Source: Setoptus koraiensis (taxonomy: Eukaryota > Animalia > Arthropoda). Taken from it: DNA of 64,000 bases. Within the stretch, counting starts at the first letter, position 1. The number at the start of each line of letters is the position of its first letter. The notes below the pieces were generated by a model, which ran no database searches, was not told the origin of the DNA, and saw only the letters and a list, made by a program, of their open reading frames with translations. Positions 45,968-56,432 of the stretch are shown here, piece by piece. Both the position numbers and the translations under genes were made by a program. Location of the stretch: assembly GCA_048013815.1 (NCBI GenBank), contig CM106585.1, positions 17,608,001 to 17,672,000 of the forward strand, given 5' to 3'.

Positions 45968-47945
45968 TTAATTTTGCACTTGACCGTATAGATCTCTAAT
46001 AGATCCATTAACAATTGTTTGAATGTGAGATGTAGGCATTTTCTTCTTTCTTTTGGTTTGCTTGGTGAAGGCGGGGTTGAATTTGCAGCTGAACACTCCG
46101 GCAAGAGGCATGTTACACGGCAGTGCAGGTCCCTTGAGATTTGACCCAATATCTAGTTGTGAGCCGTTGCCTATTAGGGTGGGAAGATTGTTCGAATATT
46201 GTTGGCCAATGATTGATATTTGACCGTAGCCCGACGAATTAGATTTGTAACCAGCAATCTTTTTACCCGCTGCAGATAGTTGCTCTGCTATGGAGTCTAA
46301 AGATTCATTACTTTGTGAAAATTCTGAATCTAAAACATTTACATGGAAGTGTCTATAATATATGAACATGAACGCGATTCCTGTTATAAAGCCCAAATAA
46401 ATAGTCAGGATGGATAGGTTTCTGAACCAGGGAATATATGAGAGTGATGAAAAGCCGACGCATACGGATAATAGTAAATTGTTCTCTAGGAACATGAGTA
46501 GGTAATAGATGAACATTTTTTGTTTTGAATTGCGCTATTTCGTTATAGTGTTTTCGAGAGCCAACCAACCAAAAGAAAAAAAAAAGGAAAAACACGATTA
46601 GTTATTTGTTGAAAATTGTAGTTAGTTTAGTTTGGTTTGGTTGTAGCATGTGATATCAACTTACCTCTTCGTAGTTTAGGTAACAAAAACAGTAGACCCA
46701 AGCAGTGATGCCGGCATAAAAGAATTTCTTTGACTTGTTCAAATCCTTTTCATCTCTAAGTAAATTGTTGGGTAGTAGAAGCCACAAGAACATGGAGGAC
46801 CAATGAAGGATAAGAACTATAACAACCCAGTAACCATAATGAACAGCGTAGATAGTCAGCGCAACAATTCTCGATGATACTGTTCCTAATCTCCACAAGA
46901 ATTGTGTTATAACACCGAGCCATGTTAAGACAAATCTCTGTAGAAATTTCTCTCTGACATATTTGGTGAATGAAGCAAGTGCCCAACAAACGCTAAATAG
47001 TGACAACAGGACTGATGTTATGCTGAGGCTTGATATTGACGTTGGTGATGTTCGCGACCAGATAATGTAGGTTTGAAATAACAATAATGGCGCTGATTGT
47101 AGAAAAGCATGACACATCCTCAATATACACAAATCTCTTGCATCATTTTTGACTGTGGTTGTGTCATCAACAGGTATCACAAGGCGTATATATCTGAATA
47201 GTATGCCTCCTTGGGCACAATGTATGACTGCCTCGAACAGTATGGCCATATAATAGTCTGATCTTATTTTGGCAGCACTATTACCAGGTATTCGTTCTCT
47301 TGAATTGTGCACAACTTGATGTTGTCCACCGGATGACGATGATGTTGAGGTCATGTGATTTTGTATGTGTATGTGGTAGGGATGAGAGGGCGACGATGAT
47401 GCCGACGAGGACGACAGCGAATAACCAGCCAACTCTAGATCGTCTTCAAGCTCATTTTGTGTCTCTTCGATTTTTCTCTTGTATTTCTGAAATTGTGTTT
47501 TAAGTGACCATTTCAAAGATAATGATTGACTTATTAGCGATGAGAAACAAATAAAGGTGAGGCCTAGATGGGCCCAGATTCTAGTTTGCGCGGATTGATA
47601 TAATGCAAAGAATGCTATAATGTTAAATGTAGAATCACAGAAATAGGCAATCATTGAGATTAGATTGAACATGAGATCGCAAATGGGTAAGAATTGTGCG
47701 GCTACATTTGTTTTGTTTGGCCCGATAATGCTGGACAACGTATGCTGCTGCCTGGTGTCTGGGTGATGATTTAGATTTTGGCTGTCTATTATCTGGTTGT
47801 TATTATCTAACTGTTGTTGTTGTTGTTTGCGGTCGTTCGTTGTGGTGAGGAAATGATCTTGTATATTTTGAACAAATTGTTGCTGGTGTGGAGGGGTGAG
47901 TATACGAGCGAACTCGTGGTCGGCAGGAACAGTGGTGGGCGCCAT
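45968..47945 (-). CDS. XKR: XK-related protein (XKR family lipid scramblase); join(complement 46665..47945, 45968..46534), ~615 aa
   Basis: Multi-pass XK pattern (AYFCDSTFN, HAFLQSAPLLLFQTYI, SLFSVCWALASF, LWRLGTVSSRIVAL). A 130-nt intron 46664..46535 (GTAAGT, ACTAAT branch point, T-tract, TAG) joins YLNYEE|RNSKQKMFIYYLLMFLENN in phase 0. Start uncertain (47984 is TTG; first ATG 47945). Confidence 0.88.
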
Positions 47946-48550
47946 CACTGTTAGCTGTGTTTGCTTTTGTTGCTGATTGTTCAATTTTTGTTTTTGTCTT
48001 ATTAGTGAAAATCAAATCGAATTAATTCCGATAATTGTTTTTCAATTTGTGGTCGTTATTGGTTGAATAATAATGATTATCCGTTAATAATAGTGCTTGT
48101 TATGTATTATCTGTATTGATTTGCCGCTGACAACTGTGTCTCATTTGCGCTGGCCTCAATGTAGAATAATCTAAACGATGACCATGAATCGCCGGCGATA
48201 CGAGCCATTCTTTATTCGATTTATATTTTCAAAGAGCCCGAGTGTTGGCTTGCAGAGTGAATGTGCGTGTGTGTGTGCCACGATATAAGCGAGTGTGTGT
48301 GTGTGTGTTGTGTGCTGGTTGTGGTGTTTGTGGAATTTTTGCAAGATTGCTATTTGCAACTGAGTGCCAGCGAATGGACACAAGAATCCAACGATAATCT
48401 GCTGCTGCTGCGGCCTTTGTAACACTAACTGACCAAACTGCGAGCGACAAACGCACAGCAGAGAACACAGACTCCCTTGTCCGTGCCTGCCGGACTGTGT
48501 GTGCGTTTGTGTGTGTGTGCGTGTGTGTATGCGTATGTGTGTGTGCGTGC

Positions 48551-48584
<34 letters not shown>

Positions 48585-48964
48585 GAGAGAGATGAAGAAT
48601 GTTTCTTTGGCAACAACAGCACACGACGACCATGATGCGAGAGTGTGTGTGTGTTGTGCCCATTGTGAGGAATGATAACAGCGCACCACGCAAAAGGAAC
48701 GGACAAGAAGCGGGTCGCCGCATCAAAATTCTATTGATCGAACTGGCAGCGCAGCCATTAGCGCAGCAGCGGTGCGGCGGTCACTATCCACCAGTGGATG
48801 GCGCACAACAAGCGCGAGAAAATAAAGAACCGAGAAGGAGTGTTTCTATTGGCCGATTCTGCTGATGTTGCTTTACGATCAACAACAGAGAAGCGCAAAC
48901 AGCAAAGGAATTCCAACTATGTTGTGTCCACCACTGTTGCTCATTACAGCCTGTCTCAGTCAGA

Positions 48965-48971
<7 letters not shown>

Positions 48972-49037
<66 letters not shown>
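48972..49037. repeat. (TG)33 microsatellite
   Basis: Read directly from the sequence. Confidence 0.95.
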
Positions 49038-49042
<5 letters not shown>

Positions 49043-50757
49043 GCGTATGCATGCCCGCACCAGCAGCATACTATTGCTGATATATAGTAATAATAATAAT
49101 CTGTGAGTGCTCCATGTATTCTATAAATTCGAACATGGAATATCAAGAGACAGCCCATATAATCTTTAAACAAGCTCACATAAGAGTCCAAACAAAAAAG
49201 AATCTCGTTCGAACTTCCAAGCATACACACCACGTGCTCTTTCCCCCGTCACTGGCCCCGGTGAAAATTGGCCGGCCAGCGTCCATTCGTGACAGGGGGA
49301 AGCAGGCGCAACAGCCACCACGGGCCAAAGGCAAATAATCGAGTTTTGTCCCCATCAATTTTGCCGAGTCCTTCTTTTTTATCTTCCCTAACCTTCATCA
49401 TTCCTACGCCAATCAGCCAATCGCTGACACTCACACACGCACACACAAAACCGGACCCTGTATCATTCTAACGCAGGATATATATGCAGTGACTGACCAA
49501 AAGAAGCGATTATGATGATGATGATGCAGGACAGATGTGGACTGGCAGTGAGTTTTGGACATGGCTACAGGATGAGGAATCTCATGCTCACGATATCAAA
49601 CATTCTTAACGTGCCTTTTTTCATTCTGCAAAACAAAATTCACTCGCTTCTCGAACGTATATTCCGTTTGTTGCTTGCTAACCATAAGCTAAATTCTTGA
49701 CTGACATGCTGCTCATGGTAGTAGGCATTATCAGGATATACATGCACAACGAACATGCATCGATGAAATGGAATAATAATTAGACTGAAATGACATGACC
49801 GATATCATGGGTCAGCTTATTAACTCGCCCATAATGCTGTGTTGATTTTATTTATCAGAGCAGAGCAAAATGGCATCTGTGAGCCACACTCTCTTATTTA
49901 TTAAAAGTTGTGAACAGCAATGTTAACTAGTGGCAAACTTGTTGAATGCCTACAATTTCTATGTCCACATTTAAATTGACAGGGCGACAAAGACATAAAT
50001 AAAAGAGATCCATAAGAAATAATGGGATATTGCATGAGAGCTGGCCTGTTTAGCTTGCAGCGCCAAAAGTCGTTTCTAGTTATGCTGCTCACAACTAATT
50101 GGCACTCAATTGTAAATGTTCGATTCAGGATTTGATGCAATGCTGAACTAGTTTCGAATTATGCCAATTCATCACATTTGCAACATACGCGCTGATTATG
50201 ATTTCAATCTTAATTTTAATTTGAATTACAGACAACATGATTCTCTTTCTCTCATACAGTATACAGTCTGTATAAATTAAGTTTTGTCGGCCCGCTCTGG
50301 GTCTTGTGTAGTGTGTAGAATGTTTAGAAAGAGATACAATGATAAGTCCATCTCATACCCAAACCAGGTATCCGCCGGGGTATTGTTGACGACCGCAACA
50401 ATTGTATGCGTGTGCGAGCAAAATGTAACAGCGACCGCAATGAATATGATTCAACCATTGCCGTATGCCTACCCAAAAATACCCAAAAAAAGGAACTATT
50501 TTTGTGCGAGAATCGAACAAAAATCGGTTATTCATTTCTGCGCACGAAGAAGAAAGGAAATTAATTCTTTCCCCACCATTGTTCAATTCTTTTACCCACA
50601 ATAGTCATCCTTTAGGTGCTTCCTTTAGGCAGCTCATTCTGTGCTCACTAGCAAGGCCTAATAAACATGTGATTTATATTTAATGTTGACATATTTATAG
50701 AATGATTGAACCCAATTTAGATTTTTCAAAATCAATAAATTAAAATAAAAAACAAAA

Positions 50758-52002
50758 ATGGAAAAAATATCTAAAGATACGGTTAGTCTCATAAATTCAC
50801 TCTATGAGCAACTAAAATCTATTGAAGAAGTAGCTGGACTATTGGAATTGTCTTCAGCGACAGTGAAAAGAGTCATAATGGGATCACAACCGAGAAGGAG
50901 TATTTCGCATTTAAATAACAAAATGACTGATCAGGAAAAAGCTCAAATTGAGGCAACATTCAGATTTCTTCAAGAGAGAGGAGAACGTGTAACCCTGAGT
51001 AAGATTCGACAACAAAGTAACTTAATGCACAAATCCATAGGAACCATTTGGGATACCATGAAGGCAATGAACTTAGGTTACCCATTGAAATCAAGAAAAG
51101 AGAAGGTTCCTATCAAAAAAATTAGAGGGGCAGTTACAAACCAGCTTCAAACTCCAAATACAAACGGGCATTACGGAGGTACCAATCAACAACAAGCGGC
51201 AACAACAAATCAATCTTTACTTAGTAATGCCGACCTGGCAGCTGTAAACAAGCCTCCGATTGAAAAGATCGAAATATCACAAGGCAGAATTGTCAGGCAT
51301 CCTATAAGTAAAAGTGGAATGCCACAAGCAAAAAACTACTTCACACCAGCGAAAGCCCAGCTCCAAATACCAAATGCGAAAGGACGACCGGCAAAAACAA
51401 GTAAATCTTTAATCAGGAAGCCTGTCACTAAACCTTTAATTGAGAAAATTCTTTCCGACATAAAATATTCCGTTGGAAAGAATGATCTGCCGGTAACAGT
51501 AAATCAGCCTCCAGATATGAAAAAAGAGCTTCCGATGATAGTTGCTAAGCCTTCTATTGATAAGAGCGAGCAACCGACTGCCCAACAAGGTAAAACTAAT
51601 TCACATAACGAACAAACTCACCCAGGTGATATTTCCGGCCAATCCACCACCATTCTATCAACAAATTCGTGCTCGGAGAGAGAGAAGGACATTTTGAATA
51701 TGAGCGTTAATGATGTAATTGAAATAATCCTAGAAAAAGATGAAATTTTGGGCAAACGTCAAGACATTTTCCGCGAAAACGTAAGTTCCATATCTAATTA
51801 CCATCACTTCTAGACTACTGCTGCAATAGACTTGACAAATATTCTTACATCTGTTTATATACAGGAAATCGATGGGAAATCTTTCATGCTACTCGATCAA
51901 GAATGTATGTCAAAGGACCTGGGTCTAAAACTGGGACCAATTCTCAAAATAAAACATCTACAAGAAGAGTTCGCCAACAAGAGAAGTTCCGCACAAGGAT
52001 GA
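50758..52002 (+). CDS. HTH-HTH (Tc1/mariner-like DNA-binding domain) + C-terminal Ph/Scm-type SAM domain protein; join(50758..51780,51865..52002), 386 aa
   Basis: An 84-nt phase-0 intron (51781 GTAAGT ... TATACAG 51864) joins MSVNDVIEIILEKDEILGKRQDIFREN|EIDGKSFMLLDQECMSKDLGLKLGPILKIKHLQEEF, a complete SAM. N-terminal KSIEEVAGLLELSSATVKRVI and RVTLSKIRQQ...SIGTIWDTMKAMNLGY resemble two HTHs. The gene model and SAM are well supported; transposase ancestry is less certain. Confidence 0.8.
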
Positions 52003-53777
52003 ATTGTCATTCGAAACGCCTTTATCACGACAGAAATATCCTCCACCGATGATCTCTCGTGTCGTACTTTGGTGAGCCGAGTTGCTGTTCTATTCTGAAA
52101 TTTACACTCTAAAATTAATATAAATAAACCTGTTACACCTGGTTGAATCAAAAGCCACCCATTCATCTATCATACTGACATAAGCCAGCAGGTCACAGGA
52201 TCTAGCTTTCAAACAATCATCCACATATTTAGTTATCAAAAATGACGCGACGAACTAGCCAAACAGTATCTGTTTTGATATATCTCATCACGATTTTCTT
52301 ATAGCAATATTAATCAATAAAGCAATACATTTATAATTATACGACAACTATACTGCGTATGAACTAAAATTTACTCAACGTAAAAAGTGTAAGTTACTAT
52401 TTCATAACGATCTTCATCAATAGAGTTTTTGTTGGAGCAAGTTATGTAAAAAATATGTGAGCGATCGTCTGACGGAGCAGTAAGACTTGCAGTATGTCAA
52501 CAGAGAAATAGATTTGATTGTCTTTTAGATTCTACAACAATCAACTTGATAATCATCTAGTTGAACAACCACAAAAATCTATATCTCTGTATCTAGCAGT
52601 GACTAGTCATGTGTATTTCCGGCTAGAACATGCAACAAAAGGTGTAACAATCTATCGGGTCTCGGGGCAATGGGTTAGATATTGGCATTTTATATTTAAT
52701 TTGATTTTTTTCTCTTATACAGTCAACAAAGAATGATCTCAAGGATCACAGATGCGCTTCCCTTGTTAGAGAATTCCAGTTGCTATAGAAATATTCTACA
52801 ATTGATATCTACATAGATTAGAATAGTAGAGATTGGGTATATCACTATTTTATACCTTGAATCCATTAACTTCCGTTCTGGAATTTAGTGATCGAGAGTT
52901 GATTCAGGGCCCTGTTCAGCGTATGAATGTAAGTGTATTTAGTATCAACAGTTGTTTAGGACTACTCCAGATTGAATCAGGTAGAGTATATGGCGATTAG
53001 AGTATATCTGGAAACGTCCACTATATCCATTCTCACTTCTTAAATTTAGGCCACGAACTATGGACAAACTGGGTGCTTCATTTTCTCCATTTCTAATTTC
53101 ATTTACTTCTCTTCGCTGTTCATCCTCTAATCGGTTCGATATCGGGCCATCCATAAACAGGCAACCGATGAGTTTCGTTGAGATATTTGAATTACTAAAG
53201 TTTACTGAGATAGTCATTGAATTAGTTTTACGCCAGTTTCATTAGAGATTAAACATTAAAAGATTGAGAATGTAGGTCATAGTATTTGAGACCAAATATT
53301 AAGTTCCAACGCTTACAACAATCTGTCAGTGAAAGATGTCCGATTTGAGAATGAACCGATCATTGAAGGAACAAACTCTGTCACAATAGAGATAGTTAAT
53401 CATGATGAGCATAACTGTCCAACGTGACTAACAAGCCGAATCGTCGTTCTGTTTTTAATTATAATTACACATCACCTTCTAGTTGCTAATCATAAAATAG
53501 TTTAGCATCTATATAAATGTGGGGTGTACCTTGGGACATTTGAATCATAGGTTACGTCCACTTACACTGTTTCTTGTCATTTTTTCTTGGAATAGTTACA
53601 ACTTGTGTCCAGTTTGTTGATCTCGTTCACAGAGAGAGCCACATCTCGATGCCTCTAAAGGTCGCTCGAAACCCGAGCACAACGACTCGTGACATTCAAA
53701 GCACGTTGCCCTTTGGATTAGCAACAATTCCATGATTTATTTACACAATAGTCAACTTGTGTATCAAAATGTAATTC

Positions 53778-55268
53778 TTACAGTTTTAGCTGAATATTTT
53801 CGTGTTCAAAATCGATATGCCCGTTCTCTGTAACAAAATCCTCATTATTAGGCGAGTCTCTAGTTTTCTCTTCCAACTCAGAGACTAAACTATCAATTTT
53901 CTCTTTACATGAAACCAAATCTGTTTCACATCTGTGCAACCTTTCTTTCTGCTTCTCAAGTTCATTTTCTAGTTTGACTTGATCTGACTTAAGATTGCTA
54001 ATTTCTTTCTCAAAATTTTGATTCTCCAATTTCTGTATGTGAGTTTGGTTCTCAGACCACAACTTCTCCAATTGTTGAATTTCGTCTTCGATTTTAGATA
54101 TTAGTTCATTTTGTTCTAAATTTTTAGTTTCCCAATATTCGGATTCTGTGTCTAGCTTGTTGAGCTCATTCTTTTGGTCAATCAGAACACGTTTCTGTAA
54201 CTCAATGACACGCAACATGTCCTGTCCTATCTGAGAGACGGACATATTACTATCTAATTGTTTGTCATATGATGATGCTGCGATAGACTCATTAATAGGA
54301 TAATTTAATGCGTTCTGATTACTTGGCGGTAACCTAACATTTATGGCAGAACCTCTATTGATGATTAAACCAGGTTCGATAAATCTGGGTCGATTAGTGA
54401 TGCTATGGGGTTCCATGGGACGATGAAATAAACTTGCTGATGAATTATTATACATAGAAGGAGTATTTGAGTTAACTGAGTGTTGCTGTACACCTGTTGA
54501 TGGCATTGTTGAAGAGTACCTTAAGGCTGGATTGGGGCCAGGGGAATTGAGAGCATTCATCATTGGTGAAGTTTGCATGTGTTGCTGTTGTTGTTGTTGA
54601 TGCTGTTGTTGTTGTTGCTGTTGTTGTTGCATAAGGTACATGGCCGACATGCTAGATTGCAATCTACCATCATAAGAGGCCTGGGATGCAATAGAAGAGC
54701 TTGACGAAGCCTGTGGCATTTGACCCCGTTGTTGAACAGCCTCTATGTAATCCATGTAACCTGGTGGACATCTACGCCTGGGTATAGAGGGCGACGGTTG
54801 CCTCACCCCATAGATATTTAGTGGGTTTTGTGTGGGAACATAGAAATTGGACCTTAGTTGTTGTTGTTGTTGTTGAAGATGATGATTATAAGTGGGCAGC
54901 TTAGGTTTGGCCGGAACAGCAGGAGGGTTTTGGCGCTTCTTATTAATAGTGCTATATAGATCCTCGTAAGGTTGTTGGGCGGTTATTGACTGTGGAGTGG
55001 CTGATTTTCTCAATATAAATTCTACTTCGTTCATTCGATCACCCCATCTTTGTAGCGTGACTAGCGGTTGCTCCGTTGGAGCTAATAAACGTTCATTTGT
55101 TCCCCATTTTTCCACCATGGTAAACCTGCCTGTTTGTTGGGTGGCATGAGCTAAGGCAAACACGATCTCTTGACAAGTGGTGCTCAATTTGACTCCACAA
55201 ACTACTCGTTCCACATTATCCACCCAAACTCGGAGCTCCATTCCTGGTTGGCCTCCATTGAGCTCCAT
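53778..55268 (-). CDS. RASSF8: Ras-association domain family member RASSF7/8-like (N-terminal RA domain, Q-rich middle, C-terminal coiled coil)
   Basis: MELRVWVDNVERVVCGVKLSTTCQEIVFALAHATQQTGRFTMVEKWGTNERLLAPTEQP...WG...VEFILR is the N-RASSF RA domain. ATG at 55268 or 55241. A possible GTAAGA donor next to the stop makes the extreme C-terminus uncertain. Confidence 0.9.
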   Translation of the reverse strand: MELNGGQPGMELRVWVDNVERVVCGVKLSTTCQEIVFALAHATQQTGRFTMVEKWGTNERLLAPTEQPLVTLQRWGDRMNEVEFILRKSATPQSITAQQPYEDLYSTINKKRQNPPAVPAKPKLPTYNHHLQQQQQQLRSNFYVPTQNPLNIYGVRQPSPSIPRRRCPPGYMDYIEAVQQRGQMPQASSSSSIASQASYDGRLQSSMSAMYLMQQQQQQQQQHQQQQQQHMQTSPMMNALNSPGPNPALRYSSTMPSTGVQQHSVNSNTPSMYNNSSASLFHRPMEPHSITNRPRFIEPGLIINRGSAINVRLPPSNQNALNYPINESIAASSYDKQLDSNMSVSQIGQDMLRVIELQKRVLIDQKNELNKLDTESEYWETKNLEQNELISKIEDEIQQLEKLWSENQTHIQKLENQNFEKEISNLKSDQVKLENELEKQKERLHRCETDLVSCKEKIDSLVSELEEKTRDSPNNEDFVTENGHIDFEHENIQLKL

Positions 55269-55676
55269 CCAGAGTGTTTCGGTAACCAATATTAACAAAG
55301 GCAAGCAATGGTCTAACGTGGTGTGTTTTTAATAATAATAGTAATAATAAAAATAATAATAATAAGGTCACTTCAATTAAGACATTAAAATAGTAAAAAA
55401 ATATGTATATAATATTTATATATATTACATAGACGAAATGATTGAAAAGAATTGTAAAAAAATGACAATATTTTTGTTCATTAGCACTAGAATACACATA
55501 AACTAAAAAAGAGAATGTTCGTTATCTGTGCACTCCAATTGAAGCTCTACGTTGTGCACTTCTGTGCCTATCTGTGTTTACAAGTTGTATGTGCGTGTGT
55601 CTGTCTGTCTGTGTCGGTGTAAGTTCTTCATTTGTCTGTCTGTCTGCGTGTGTGTCTGTGTATGTGTGCGTGTGTG

Positions 55677-55682
<6 letters not shown>

Positions 55683-55760
<78 letters not shown>
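55683..55760. repeat. (TG)39 microsatellite upstream of RASSF8
   Basis: Read directly from the sequence. Confidence 0.95.
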
Positions 55761-55764
<4 letters not shown>

Positions 55765-56432
55765 TAAAGTGTGCCTGTGTGTCTATAAGGATTTGAAAGA
55801 GGATTCGAATTCTGAAACAATTCAATTAGTGCAAGCATCTTTGTTGATGTCACAGATAAAATACATATAGAAATCAAATGCCTGTTATTCCAATCTCGCT
55901 TTAGCCAAAAAATAAAGCATCTATCACATTACCACTAACTTATAACAGCAGCAGCGAATCTCGCACCCACAACAAGTTTCTATACATGTAGCTTTGCCAA
56001 GCGTAAGATGATCTTGTTTTGCTTCAACCACCCACAGTTTCAATTTCACAAATGATTTCCTGAATCTGACAAACATTGCCTCATGACGAACTCAGATTGT
56101 AACTTGTTGCAGAGCCTCATATATGTTTTCACTGATGATCCTGGTGTTAATTAATCGAATATCATAATTACATGCCAGCCAGGATAATCGACTCTGCTCG
56201 ATTAGGACCAGTTGCAATCCATTGAACCATTTCAAACAAAAGTGCCGCTAAACGGTGACCTCAATATGAGTTAATGGCAACCAGATCTAAGCGACTCTAT
56301 AACTATTGCTATTCATGCTCTTGAACTATTCTCGATGGATCTGTGTAGATTAGTGTCAACACATGATGCTTAGAATCTAATTGGACGAGACGCAACATGT
56401 GGATATTGTAGTTTCAATTGATTTCATTTTAT

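Noticed and set aside
48171-49471. His-Thr and Cys-Val repeat ORFs
   Set aside because: They are (CA/TG)n and (GA)n microsatellite translations upstream of XKR.
50284-50683. Overlapping ORFs on both strands upstream of the HTH-SAM gene, considered as transposase remnants
   Set aside because: No DDE/D motifs, TIRs or other recognisable similarity.
53566-53777. Additional RASSF8 3' coding exon (donor GTAAGA near the stop, acceptor AAG at 53711)
   Set aside because: All frames close quickly, and none gives a recognisable RASSF8 C-terminus.
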